Source: Planctomycetota bacterium (GTDB taxonomy: Bacteria; Planctomycetota; B15-G4). From it: a stretch of 64,000 nucleotides of DNA. Below the pieces are notes generated by a model. That model ran no database searches and was not told where the DNA came from. It worked only from the letters and a program-made list of their open reading frames with translations. A program made the position numbers and the translations under genes. Below are positions 18,234 through 28,193 of this stretch, piece by piece. The stretch spans positions 4,864,001-4,928,000 of the forward strand of contig CBDFJQ010000002.1 of assembly GCA_965248575.1 (NCBI GenBank), read 5' to 3'. Position 1 is the stretch's first letter, and every line of letters begins with the position of its first letter.

Positions 18234-18416
18234 AGAGAGAAGAGGTGAGGAGGCTCTGTGACGCTCCTTCGGGGTGAGGGCCGCAGAGCCATCCTCGTTC
18301 GGGTTCATTCACAACGCGTGAACCCGCCGTGTGACCCGCAGCAGAAAGTTCCTTTCTGCGATCCGTCTGGTGTCGTTCGATAAGATGTGCGCCGCCATTC
18401 CCTGGGACGGACGCTC

Positions 18417-18989
18417 ATGCAGGACAGCCAGGCCACACAGCTCGTCACGCAGATGGAGGCTGGGGACCCCCAGGCAGTCCATGTGCTGTTGCCGTTGGTC
18501 TACTCAGAGCTGCGGTCCCTGGCAGCTGCCTTTCTCTTCCGAGAGCGCCGGAACCACACGCTCCAACCCACGGCCATCGTGCACGAGGCCTTCTTGCGTC
18601 TCGTGGACCAGACACGCGTCAACTGGAAGGGGCGAGCGCACTTCGTCGCCGTGGCTGCACAGGCCATGAGACGCTTACTCGTGGATCATGCTCGTGCCAA
18701 GCATTCGGCCAAGCGTGGAGGTGGGCGACTGCGGGTGAGCTTGCACGCCGACCTGGCCTTGTCCCCCGAGCACGAGCAGGACGTGCTGGACCTGCACGAG
18801 GCCCTCGAGAAGTTGAAGGAAGTAGACGAGCGACAGGCGCAGATCGTGGAGTTGCGCTTCTTTGGCGGCTTGAGCGTCAAGGAGGTCGCGGAAGTCTTGG
18901 ATGTCTCCACGCGTACGGTCGAGAGCGATTGGACGATGGTGCGTGCCTGGCTTCGACGCGAACTGAGTGAGGGCGAGTCGGATGGCTGA
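18417..18989 (+). CDS. ECF sigma factor, TIGR02999/ECF43-like kinase-associated type
   Basis: LLPLVYSELRSLA, HTLQPTAIVHEAFLRL, RAHF...AAQAMRRLLVDHAR, VELRFFGGL; overlaps the kinase start. Confidence 0.93.
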   Translation: MQDSQATQLVTQMEAGDPQAVHVLLPLVYSELRSLAAAFLFRERRNHTLQPTAIVHEAFLRLVDQTRVNWKGRAHFVAVAAQAMRRLLVDHARAKHSAKRGGGRLRVSLHADLALSPEHEQDVLDLHEALEKLKEVDERQAQIVELRFFGGLSVKEVAEVLDVSTRTVESDWTMVRAWLRRELSEGESDG

Positions 18990-21396
18990 CCCGCGCCACC
19001 AGCGGGTGAAGGAGCTGTTCCAGCGGGCCGTCCACTTGGATCGGGAAGCTCGCGAGCAGTACCTGCAGCAGACCTGCGCCGGAGATCCAGAGCTGTTGGC
19101 AGAGGTTGAATCCCTGTTGAAGCACCACATGGACAAGACCCTGATCGCCGTAGCGCCTGACTCCGTGTCGCCGACGGTGCCCTCGGCGCCCGCATCCCTG
19201 CGTCGCGCCGCGGACGACTCGCCCGGTGCGAGGACGCGGGCCTCGGCAGTCCGAGGGATCGTGCGCGCCAGCCGCGGTCGCCTGGCCTTCGGAGCGATGC
19301 TCCTGGTGCTCTTGGTGGTGTACGGCGCTTGGACGTCGTCGCGTGTGCAGTCCTCCCTCGACACGCTGCTGGAGGACCAACTCCAGACCGTCCTGGATGC
19401 CAGCGCGACAGCCTTGCGCCAGTGGTTGGCGGCAGTCGAGACGGATGCACAGATGTGGGCGGACAGGTCCACGGTTCGAGCAGCAAGCCTGGCCCTGGCG
19501 AAGCTGGCCGACGAGAGCGCGGACCCGGCGACGGCCCTCGAAGGGTCCGGGCATCTGGCACTGTTGGTGAGCACCTTGGCCAGCGCCGTGCGCGATCCGA
19601 ACGCCGTGGAGGCGGGGGTTGAGCCACTCGGGGGCGAGCGCCGGGAGTCGGTCTTGCTCACGCATCGCCGCTTCGATGGCTTCGGGGTCGCCAGCGCGAG
19701 CGGGCGGATCCTGGGGGGCTATTCACCGGGCGACGAGGCTCAGGAGAGTCTCGGCGAGAGCATGTCCGAGGGTGGCCAGGCCATCCTGAAGCGGGTGCTG
19801 CAGGGGGAGACCGTGGTGGTTCCTCCCTACGAAACGGGCTCCATGGTGCATGGATTCGTTCCAGCCTTGAGCAAGCCGGCCATGGTCGTCGTCACCCCGG
19901 TCCGTGACGAGGCAGGCGTGCCCATCGCCCTGCTGGGTCTGCTCATCGAACCCTCCGAGGAGTACAGCGCCATCCTCGAAGCCGGGCGGATCGGCGAGAC
20001 AGGCGAGACCTACACCTTCAACGAGCAGGGGGTCATGCTCTCCGAGAGCGCCTTCCTGGACGACCTGCGGGCGATGGGCTTGCTGGCAGCGGACGAACCT
20101 TCGGCGGTGCTGCGAGTCCAGCTGCGAGACCCAGGCGGAAACATGGTGGAGGGGCATCAGCCTGAGCTGGCCCTCGCGGACCGGCGCCGCACCATCATGG
20201 CGACAGACGCCATCGATCGTCGCAGTTCGGGGGTGAACGTCAGCGGCTACCGGGACTACCGGGGCGTGGAGGTCGCTGGCGCCTGGACCTGGTTGAATGA
20301 ATACGGCATCGGCATCGCCACCGAGATCGATCTGGCTGAGGGGCATGCGGCGATGCGTGTGCTGCGCACCTCCTTGAGCACGCTGGTCTGGGGCGTGTTC
20401 ATCCTGGCGCTTGGGTTGCTCGTGTTCATGGCCAAGAACGTGGGCCTCCAGGCAGATGTCGACCTGGCGCGACAGTACGGGGACTACCGGGTGGTGCGCA
20501 TCCTGGGTGAGGGCGGGATCGGCACGGTGTTCCTGGCGGAACACAAGATGTTCGCCCGGCCGGCCGCGGTGAAGGTCTTGCGCAAGGACCGCCTCACCGT
20601 GGACTCAGAGCTACGTTTCCAGCAAGAGGTCCAGCTCAGCTCCCAGCTCACGAACCCGCACACCGTGGAGATCTATGACTTCGGCCGGACGGCGGCGGGG
20701 GAGTTCTACTACGCCATGGAGTACCTCCCGGGGCTGACGTTGCATGAGCTCGTTGAGCGCTTCGGTGCCCTTCCCCAAGAGCGGGTGGTGCACATCGTGC
20801 GGCAGATCTGCGAGTCGCTGGCCGAGGCCCATGACCTGGGCATCATCCACCGCGACATCAAGCCCATGAACATCCTGTTGTGCGAACGCGGCGGGCGGTA
20901 CGACGTCGTGAAGGTGCTCGACTTCGGCTTGGTGAAGGACATGGGTGCGCCGGCGGATCTTCAGTTGACGCAGACTGAGCAGGTGACGGGCTCGCCGCTC
21001 TACATGGCGCCGGAGCGCTTTGAGGCACCCTTGTCCGTGGACGAACGGGCAGACATCTGGGCCGTGGGCTGCGTGGCGTACTTCCTGCTTGCGGGTCGAG
21101 ACCCGTTCCAGGCCAAGTCCGTGATGGATGTCTGGAACCAGGTGGTCAACGATGACCCGCCCCATCTCCGGGATGACCTGGGCCTCGACGTGCAACCCTT
21201 CCTGGCCGCGATGGTGAGCCGCTGTCTGGCAAAGAGCCCTGACGAACGACCGCAGTCGGTGCATGAAATCCTTTCCATGCTTCAAGCCCTCGACATGCCC
21301 GTCTGGGGTCGCAGTGATGCACAGCGCTGGTGGTCACAGCGCGTCGATGAGTTGCCCAGCTCACCCAAGATCGTGCGCAGGGAAGAGCCTGCTTAA
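18982..21396 (+). CDS. Membrane Ser/Thr protein kinase with periplasmic Cache-like domain
   Basis: Two TM helices flank a region with GETGETY and YRDYRGVEVAGAW; kinase motifs GEGGIG, AVKVL, HRDIKPMN, DFG, MAPE. Confidence 0.92.
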   Translation: MADPRHQRVKELFQRAVHLDREAREQYLQQTCAGDPELLAEVESLLKHHMDKTLIAVAPDSVSPTVPSAPASLRRAADDSPGARTRASAVRGIVRASRGRLAFGAMLLVLLVVYGAWTSSRVQSSLDTLLEDQLQTVLDASATALRQWLAAVETDAQMWADRSTVRAASLALAKLADESADPATALEGSGHLALLVSTLASAVRDPNAVEAGVEPLGGERRESVLLTHRRFDGFGVASASGRILGGYSPGDEAQESLGESMSEGGQAILKRVLQGETVVVPPYETGSMVHGFVPALSKPAMVVVTPVRDEAGVPIALLGLLIEPSEEYSAILEAGRIGETGETYTFNEQGVMLSESAFLDDLRAMGLLAADEPSAVLRVQLRDPGGNMVEGHQPELALADRRRTIMATDAIDRRSSGVNVSGYRDYRGVEVAGAWTWLNEYGIGIATEIDLAEGHAAMRVLRTSLSTLVWGVFILALGLLVFMAKNVGLQADVDLARQYGDYRVVRILGEGGIGTVFLAEHKMFARPAAVKVLRKDRLTVDSELRFQQEVQLSSQLTNPHTVEIYDFGRTAAGEFYYAMEYLPGLTLHELVERFGALPQERVVHIVRQICESLAEAHDLGIIHRDIKPMNILLCERGGRYDVVKVLDFGLVKDMGAPADLQLTQTEQVTGSPLYMAPERFEAPLSVDERADIWAVGCVAYFLLAGRDPFQAKSVMDVWNQVVNDDPPHLRDDLGLDVQPFLAAMVSRCLAKSPDERPQSVHEILSMLQALDMPVWGRSDAQRWWSQRVDELPSSPKIVRREEPA

Positions 21397-21499
21397 CGGC
21401 TCTGTTGCTGGGTTTGGGGCACATGGCGTCCTACACTCTGCTCGCCGTTGGTGCTCGGAGCTCCCGAGCCTGCGCGCATTCCTCTCCTGGAGACTGTCG

Positions 21500-21778
21500 A
21501 TGGCACGTCACCGATCTCGCGCCGGGGCAGCGCTGGCCCTTGGAGCGCTGCTCTTCCTGGCGCCCGGTTGTCTGGGCCCGCAACATGCGACGGGCCATCT
21601 GGCCAAGTGGAACATGGAGTTCGAGAACAAGTGGGCCCGTGAGGGTGTGTTCCTGCTCGTGTTCCCCGGCTACGTCCTCACGGGCGTGGGCGACATCCTG
21701 ATCTTCAACTCCGTCCAATGGTGGACGGGCGAAAACCCCATCAGTCGCGCAGGCAGCGAACCTGGCCCCCGGTTCTAG
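21500..21778 (+). CDS. DUF3332-like small lipoprotein
   Basis: APGC lipobox; C.GP..AT....WN..F.NKW.REGVFL...Y....GD..IFNS..WW.GENPI. Confidence 0.75.
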   Translation: MARHRSRAGAALALGALLFLAPGCLGPQHATGHLAKWNMEFENKWAREGVFLLVFPGYVLTGVGDILIFNSVQWWTGENPISRAGSEPGPRF

Positions 21779-21792
21779 GAAAGGAGTGAGTT

Positions 21793-22143
21793 ATGAAGAT
21801 CTTCCATAGCAAGCGTCTCGTTCTGTGTGCGCTCCTCGTGGGCCTGTGCTGCACCAGCTGCGTCGGGCCCTTCAACGCCACCCGGCGCATCCACACCTGG
21901 AATCGCGAGTTCGACAACCGCTGGTTGGGCGAGGGTGTGTTCCTCGTGTTCCGCGCCTTGCCGGTGTATGGCGCCGCGGCGGTCGGCGACCTCTTCATCT
22001 TCAACTCCTTCCAGTTCTGGGGAGCGGAGAACCCCATCGACCCGGTTGACCCGGCACGCATCAAGGCACTCAACGCGGCGGACGATGCGCGCGCGGCAGG
22101 TGTCGAGCCGGAGCAGGGGCCCGACGAAGAAACGGCTGAGTAG
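21793..22143 (+). CDS. DUF3332-like small lipoprotein (paralogue)
   Basis: CTSC lipobox; same motif set as the upstream gene; AAGGAG RBS. Confidence 0.8.
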   Translation: MKIFHSKRLVLCALLVGLCCTSCVGPFNATRRIHTWNREFDNRWLGEGVFLVFRALPVYGAAAVGDLFIFNSFQFWGAENPIDPVDPARIKALNAADDARAAGVEPEQGPDEETAE

Positions 22144-22185
22144 TCGCCGCTGGTGGCACGTCCGGCCTCGGGGGCTCCTGAACCC

Positions 22186-23643
22186 TCAGTCGCCGGACGT
22201 GTCGCCGCCAGCCTTGGGGCTGTCCTGCGGGCCTATGGCCGCCCACTCGGCGGTGCCCTGCCAGCCGCCTCCCAGCGCACGGTAGAGCACGACCGTCGAG
22301 CTCAGCTCGGCGCGTCGGGCCTGTACCAGGCTGAGTTCGGCATCGAAGTGGTCCCGTTCGGTGTCGAGCACCTCAAGGTAGCTGGTCACGCCCCCGCGGT
22401 AGCGGTCCTGGGACAGGCGCAGCTGGTCCGCCAGGGTCTCCTGGATGCTCTGTTGCACGAGCCGGATCTCGCGGGTCTTGTCGTGTTCCACCAAGGCGTC
22501 GGCCACTTGGCGGAAGGCCTGCTGCAGCGTCGCGAGGTATTCGAGGGCCGCCTGCCGCTGCTGCGACTCGGTCACTTCCACATTGGCTTCCAGGCGGCCG
22601 CCGTTGAAGATGGGCAGGGAGATGCTCGGCAGGAGCTGCCAGGTGCCCGAGCCCGAACGCAGCAGGTCGGTGAGCTGCTCGCTGGACCCTCCGACCGAAC
22701 TGGTCAGGGAGACATTGGGATAGAGCATGGCCCGGGCCTCACCGATGCGAGCGTTGGCGGCGATGAGACGCAGCTCGGCAACGTGGATGTCAGGCCGGCG
22801 TTCCAGAAGCTGGGAGGGGAGGCCCGCCGGAACTTTCAGCTCGGCGCCCGATTGAGCGTCGAGGGAGCCGCGTTCCACCGGGCCAGGAAGGCTGCCCACC
22901 AGCACGCGGATCAAGTTCTCTTGTTGCTGTTGGAGCTGCTCGAGCTCGGGGATCAAGCGCAGCGAGGTGAGGACCAGGTTCTCCGCCTGGCGGAGCTCGA
23001 CCTTGTTGGCGACGCCCTGCTCGAGGCGCAGGCTCACGAGCTCGGCGGACTTTTCACGCGAGGCCAGCGTGCGCTGTGCGATGGCGAGGCCAGCATCCGA
23101 TTCCAGCAGGTCGAAGTAGGTCAGGGCCAGGTCGGTCACGAGCGACTGGAGGACCGCGACGCGCCCGTACTCGCTGGCGAGCAGTTCTGCCCTTGCAGCC
23201 TCCGTTGCCCGGTCGAAGCGCCCCCAGAAATCGAGATCCCAAGACAAGCTCAGCCCGATGGAAGTCTGTTGGCTCGAACGACCCACGCCCGGCGGGAGCG
23301 GCGTCGGGCCGTTGCCTGTGGTGCGGTTCCAGTTCTGCTGCCCGAAGGCATCCAGATCAGGCGAGTGGTTGGAGTTGATGACCGTGTAGCGGGCACGGGC
23401 TTCGAGCACACGCTCTGCTGCCAGGCGGGCGTCGAAGTTCTGCTGCAGAGCCGTACGCACCAGGGCCTGCAGCGCCGGGTCCTGAAAGACCTGGAACCAC
23501 TCCAGGTCGGCGAAGGACTGCTCGCTGCTGGCAGCACCGCGAAAGGCCTCGGGTTGGAGCGGCTGCGGGGTCTGATAGTCAGGCCCGACGGTGCAGGCCG
23601 AGAGCAGGAGGGCAGCCAGGCTGAAGCGGATGGGGCGGCTCAT
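22186..23643 (-). CDS. RND efflux outer-membrane lipoprotein (NodT/OprM family)
   Basis: LLSACTVGPDY, WDLDFWGR, LLERRPDI..AE..L.AANARIG, LYRALGGGW. Confidence 0.93.
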   Translation of the reverse strand: MSRPIRFSLAALLLSACTVGPDYQTPQPLQPEAFRGAASSEQSFADLEWFQVFQDPALQALVRTALQQNFDARLAAERVLEARARYTVINSNHSPDLDAFGQQNWNRTTGNGPTPLPPGVGRSSQQTSIGLSLSWDLDFWGRFDRATEAARAELLASEYGRVAVLQSLVTDLALTYFDLLESDAGLAIAQRTLASREKSAELVSLRLEQGVANKVELRQAENLVLTSLRLIPELEQLQQQQENLIRVLVGSLPGPVERGSLDAQSGAELKVPAGLPSQLLERRPDIHVAELRLIAANARIGEARAMLYPNVSLTSSVGGSSEQLTDLLRSGSGTWQLLPSISLPIFNGGRLEANVEVTESQQRQAALEYLATLQQAFRQVADALVEHDKTREIRLVQQSIQETLADQLRLSQDRYRGGVTSYLEVLDTERDHFDAELSLVQARRAELSSTVVLYRALGGGWQGTAEWAAIGPQDSPKAGGDTSGD

Positions 23644-26600
23644 GCCTTCTCTCCCTTGCTGATGTACTTCGACACGAAGCCCTGGAACACCCGATAGAGC
23701 ACGGGGGTCACGAGCAGAGTCATGACGGTGGCCGCGAGCATGCCGGCGAAGACCGCGGTGCCCAGGGATCGTCGCGAGCCAGCGGCCGCTCCGGCAGCCG
23801 TGACCAAGGGCACCACGCCGAGCACGAAGCTGAAAGCCGTCATGAGGATGGGGCGGAAGCGCGAGACCGCCGCCTCGACCACGGCGTCGAAGACGCTCAA
23901 GCCCTCCTCGTGTCGCTGCTTCGCGAACTCCACCACCAGGATGGCAGTCTTGGCGCCGAGCCCGATCAGGAGCACCAGGCCGATCTGGATGTAGACGTCG
24001 TTGATGTAGTCGCGCACCCACGCGCCGTACAGGGCCCCGAAGACGGCGACCGGCAGGCCCAGCAGAACGGCGAGCGGGATCACCCAGCTCTCGTAGTTGG
24101 CCGCCAGGAACAAGAAGACCAACAGGAAGCCGAGGGCGAAGATGACCACCTGCTCGCCGCCCGCCGCCTTCTCCTGAAGAGCCGTCCCCGTCCATTCGTA
24201 GCCGAACTTCTCCGGCAGGATGTCGGCTGCCAGTTCTTCCATGGTCTCAAGGGCCTGGCCCGAGCTGTAGCCCGGCGCGTTGCCGCCGCTGATCTCAGCG
24301 GTGCGGAACATGTTGTAACGCTGGATGAGGTCGGGGCCCGTGGTGGAACCGATGGTCGCCATGGTCCGGATGGGCACCATGTTGCCCGCGCTCGTGCGCA
24401 CGTAGATCTGCTTCATGTTGTCCGGGTCGACGCGAAACTCCGGCTCAGCTTGGACCATGACCTTGAAGGGCCGGCCGAAGAGCGTGATGTCGTTGACCTG
24501 CAAGCCGCCCAGGAAAATCTGCAGGGCTGCGAAGACCTGGTCGATGGGAACGCCGAGCGTCTTCGCCTTGGCGCGGTCCAGTTGGAAGTCGATCTGTGGA
24601 ACGTTGGCGCGGAACGCGCTGTACATGCCGGCCAGTTCTGGTCGCTCGCGAGCGGCATTCACGAGGTCGGAGCCCGCAGTCGCCAACTCTTCGAAAGTCG
24701 CCGTCCCACTGCGGTCCTGCAGCTCGAACTGGAACCCACCTGCCGTCCCGAGGCCGGGGATGGGGGGCGGTGCGAAGGCCAGCCCGATGGCCTCGGGGTA
24801 GGCGCCGAGCTTGGCCCGCGCTTGGGCGAGGACGCCGTCGATCTGCATCTCGGCCGTCGGGCGCTCGGCCCAGTCCGACAGCATGACCACGAAGGACGTG
24901 TTGTTGGAGGTGTACGCGTTGGTGAGCACGTTGAGGCCGCCCAGGGTGAGCACCTGCTCCACGCCGGGGATCGAGGCCAGGTCCTTCTCGGCCCGACTGG
25001 CGATGGCATCGGTGCGTTCCATCGAGGCGCCGTCGGGCAGGGTCAAGGTGGAGAAGAAGTAGCCTTGGTCCTCGTCCGGCACGAAGCCCAAGGGAAGCGT
25101 GTCGAGCAGCTGCCAGGATCCGTAGCCCATGAAGGCCAGGAACACGACGCCTACCACGACGGTGCGCACGAGGAAGCGGGTGAGCCCCGAATAGGCCTTG
25201 GTCGTGGCGTCGAGCCCGCGATTGAAGAGGCCCAGGCCCCAGCCGATGGGCCCGCGCATGGGCTTGCTCTTGCGCAGAATGAGCCGGCACAGGGCGGGCG
25301 TGAGCGACATGGCTACCACCGTCGACAGCATGACCGAGACGGAGATCGTGAGCGCGAACTGCCGGTACAGCTGGCCGGTGATGCCGCCCATGAAGGCGAC
25401 CGGCACGAACACCGCACACAGCACGAGGGAGGACGCGATGAGCACCTGGGAGACTTCCTTCATGGTGCGCTCGGTGGCCTCGGTGGGGGACAGCCCCTTC
25501 GCGAGGTAGGCCTCCACCGACTCGACCACGACAATGGCATCGTCCACCACGGTGCCGATGGCCAAGATGATGCCGAACAGCGTGAGCATGTTGATGGAGA
25601 AGCCGAGCACGCCGAAGAGCGCGAAGGTGCCCACCAAGGAGACGGGGATGGCGATCATGGGGATCAGCGTCGCCCGGAAGCTGCCCAGGAACACGAAGAC
25701 CACGATCAGCACGAGCGCCAAAGCCTCGAAGAAGGTCTGCACAACCTCCTCAATGGAGGCCGAGATGAACTTGGTGTTGTCGAGGGCGATCTCGTAGGCG
25801 AGGCCAGAGGGCATGCGTTCGCCGAGATCTGTGAGCAGCGTGCGGATACCCTCCGAGGTCTCAAGCGCATTGGCACCCGGCAGCTGGTAGATCAGCAGCA
25901 GCGTCGCGGGCTGACCGTTGTAGCGCCCGAAGGAGGTGTAGCTCTTGGCTGCCAGCTCGGTGCGCGCCACGTCCTTGACCCGCAGGATCGAGCCGTCCGA
26001 GAGGGTGCGCAGGATGATGTCCTCGAACTCCGCCACCTCTGTCAGGCGGCTCTTGGTGCTCACGGCGTACTGGAACTCGACGCCCGCCTTGGCCGGCGGT
26101 TGGCCCACCGCGCCCACCGGCAGGAGCACGTTCTGCTCCCTGACGGAATCTGCAATGTCGCCCGCGGTCAGGCCCAGCTTGGTGAGCTTGTCGGGACGCA
26201 GCCAGAGCCGCATGGAGTAGTCGCGCTGCCCGACGATCATGGTGCTGCCCACTCCCTTGGTGCGGGCGATGGGGTCCACCATGTTCAGCGATGCGTAGTT
26301 CGACAGGAAGGTGTCGTCGTAGCTGTTGTCAGGCGAGTAGAGGGCGATCGCCATGAGCATGTCTGGCGACTTCTTCTTGATCGAGATGCCGGCCGCGACG
26401 GCTTCGGGCGGCAACTTGGAGGTCGCTTTGTTGACGCGATTGTTGATGTCAACGTTGGCGAGGTCGAGGTTCGTGCCCACCTCGAAGGTGCACATGAGCA
26501 CATAACGCCCGTCACTCGAGCTCTTGCTCGTGAAGTACAGCATGTTCTCGGCGCCGTTGACTTCGGTCTCGATCGGCGCGGCGATGGACTGCTCCACCGT

Positions 26601-26765
26601 CTCGGCGTTGGCGCCGGGATAGATCACTTCCACCTCTACGGTGGGCGGCGTGATCTGCGGGTAGAGGGTGATGGGCAGCGATTGGAGCGAGAGCGCGCCC
26701 GCCAGCAAGATCACCAGCGAGATGACCATCGCGAAGACGGGTCGCCGGATGAAGAACTGTCCCAC
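23640..26765 (-). CDS. RND efflux permease, HAE1 (AcrB/MexB-like)
   Basis: FFIRRPVFAMVI, YPQITPP, VVDDAIVVVE, RFRPILMT; 1041 aa. Confidence 0.95.
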   Translation of the reverse strand: MGQFFIRRPVFAMVISLVILLAGALSLQSLPITLYPQITPPTVEVEVIYPGANAETVEQSIAAPIETEVNGAENMLYFTSKSSSDGRYVLMCTFEVGTNLDLANVDINNRVNKATSKLPPEAVAAGISIKKKSPDMLMAIALYSPDNSYDDTFLSNYASLNMVDPIARTKGVGSTMIVGQRDYSMRLWLRPDKLTKLGLTAGDIADSVREQNVLLPVGAVGQPPAKAGVEFQYAVSTKSRLTEVAEFEDIILRTLSDGSILRVKDVARTELAAKSYTSFGRYNGQPATLLLIYQLPGANALETSEGIRTLLTDLGERMPSGLAYEIALDNTKFISASIEEVVQTFFEALALVLIVVFVFLGSFRATLIPMIAIPVSLVGTFALFGVLGFSINMLTLFGIILAIGTVVDDAIVVVESVEAYLAKGLSPTEATERTMKEVSQVLIASSLVLCAVFVPVAFMGGITGQLYRQFALTISVSVMLSTVVAMSLTPALCRLILRKSKPMRGPIGWGLGLFNRGLDATTKAYSGLTRFLVRTVVVGVVFLAFMGYGSWQLLDTLPLGFVPDEDQGYFFSTLTLPDGASMERTDAIASRAEKDLASIPGVEQVLTLGGLNVLTNAYTSNNTSFVVMLSDWAERPTAEMQIDGVLAQARAKLGAYPEAIGLAFAPPPIPGLGTAGGFQFELQDRSGTATFEELATAGSDLVNAARERPELAGMYSAFRANVPQIDFQLDRAKAKTLGVPIDQVFAALQIFLGGLQVNDITLFGRPFKVMVQAEPEFRVDPDNMKQIYVRTSAGNMVPIRTMATIGSTTGPDLIQRYNMFRTAEISGGNAPGYSSGQALETMEELAADILPEKFGYEWTGTALQEKAAGGEQVVIFALGFLLVFLFLAANYESWVIPLAVLLGLPVAVFGALYGAWVRDYINDVYIQIGLVLLIGLGAKTAILVVEFAKQRHEEGLSVFDAVVEAAVSRFRPILMTAFSFVLGVVPLVTAAGAAAGSRRSLGTAVFAGMLAATVMTLLVTPVLYRVFQGFVSKYISKGEKA

Positions 26766-26766
26766 G

Positions 26767-28077
26767 TCAGTTGCCCTTCGGTTCTGAGGACGCGGGCTGA
26801 TCCATGGGTTTCACGGTCATGCCGGGGCGTGCCTTGAGCTGGCCCTCGACGATCACCCGCTCACCACCTTCCAAGCCGGACAGGACCACGAACTTGCCGT
26901 CGAAGCGCTCGGACAGCTGAACCGTCTTCAGGGCGACCTTTCCGTCGTCACCGACGACGAACACGATCTGTGAGCCTTGCTGTTCCATGACGGCGCGCTG
27001 CGGGACGAGCACCGCCTGCCTGAGCACGCCGATCGTGGCGCGGACCCGGCCGAACTGCCCGGCTCGCAGGGAGCCGGAGTGCTTCTTGTCCGTGGCAGGG
27101 TTGGGGAACTCCGCCACCAGCTGCAAGGTGCCTGTCTCCAAGGAGACGGCGCGCTCCGCCGTCACGATGCGGCCTTGGTGTTCGTAGATACTGTCGTCCG
27201 CGAGCACGAGCTCCACCGGGCGGTCTTCGTCCTCTTCAGTGGCCTTCTTCTGGAAGGCGAGGAACTCGGCTTCGCTGATGGAGAGCGTCGCCAGCATGGG
27301 GTCGATGCTGGAGACGGTGACGAGGTCCGAGTTGCCGCCGCGGCCCACCAGGTTGCCGGGGTTGATGAGCGTGCGACCGATGAGCCCGTCGATGGGGCTC
27401 GTGATGGTGCAGTAGTCGAGGTCGAGCTGGGCGATGGCGACGGAGGCTTCCGCTGCCTGGGCGAGGGCCTGGGCCTGCAGCACACCGACCTCTTCCTTGA
27501 TGCGCGAGTTCTCGAGATTGGCCTGCTGGGCATCGAGCTCCGCGCGCGCCACGCCCTCGGCGGCGACGGCCGTGTCGAGGTCCTGGCGGGGGACGGCGTC
27601 CTGCTCGGCCAGCGGGCGCAGGCGTGCGACATCCTGGATCGCCTTGCCATAGGAGGCCTCGGCTTTGGCGACAGCGGCCTCGGCTGCGCGCACCGAGACC
27701 TGCTCTTCAGCCAGCTTCAAGTCGGCGCGGGCCTTGGCCAGCCCGGCTTCCGCGGCGGCCAAGGCTGCCTCATAGGTCCGAGGGTCCAAGCGGTAGAGGA
27801 CCTGGCCCGCCGAGACGGGCTCACCCTCCATGAACTCCATCGCTTGCAGGATGGCTTCGACCCGCGCCTGGATGACCACGGTGTCCCGGGCCTCGGTGCG
27901 CGCGACGAACTCGCGCATCACCGGGACGTCGGCGCGCTCGATGGTCGCCACCAGGACGCTGGGTACTGGCCGTTGGGCGGCGGCTGCGTTCGTGGGGCTG
28001 GCCTCGTCCTCGGAGCAGGCCCCTAGGAGCAGGGCGGGCAGGAGGCAAAGGGCTCGGATGCTGCTGTTCGGATGCAT
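26767..28077 (-). CDS. RND periplasmic adaptor (MFP) lipoprotein
   Basis: LLGAC lipobox; GQVLYRLDP; ITSPIDGLIG; LVPQRAV. Confidence 0.93.
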   Translation of the reverse strand: MHPNSSIRALCLLPALLLGACSEDEASPTNAAAAQRPVPSVLVATIERADVPVMREFVARTEARDTVVIQARVEAILQAMEFMEGEPVSAGQVLYRLDPRTYEAALAAAEAGLAKARADLKLAEEQVSVRAAEAAVAKAEASYGKAIQDVARLRPLAEQDAVPRQDLDTAVAAEGVARAELDAQQANLENSRIKEEVGVLQAQALAQAAEASVAIAQLDLDYCTITSPIDGLIGRTLINPGNLVGRGGNSDLVTVSSIDPMLATLSISEAEFLAFQKKATEEDEDRPVELVLADDSIYEHQGRIVTAERAVSLETGTLQLVAEFPNPATDKKHSGSLRAGQFGRVRATIGVLRQAVLVPQRAVMEQQGSQIVFVVGDDGKVALKTVQLSERFDGKFVVLSGLEGGERVIVEGQLKARPGMTVKPMDQPASSEPKGN

Positions 28078-28193
28078 GGACTCTCCTCTTTGGCGCCCAT
28101 GCTATGCGAGACTCCCCTGGCGCCCAAATGCGAGTCTGTTGATTGCTCGCGCCGTGTGCAGCACGCAGGGACAACCGGCGAGAAGGAAACCCC

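Noticed and set aside
23910..26837. 975-aa plus-strand ORF and similar long antisense ORFs (e.g. 12927-14585, 22153-23697, 42131-43825)
   Set aside because: They mirror well-supported genes on the opposite strand, as expected from high-GC codon bias, and carry no motifs.
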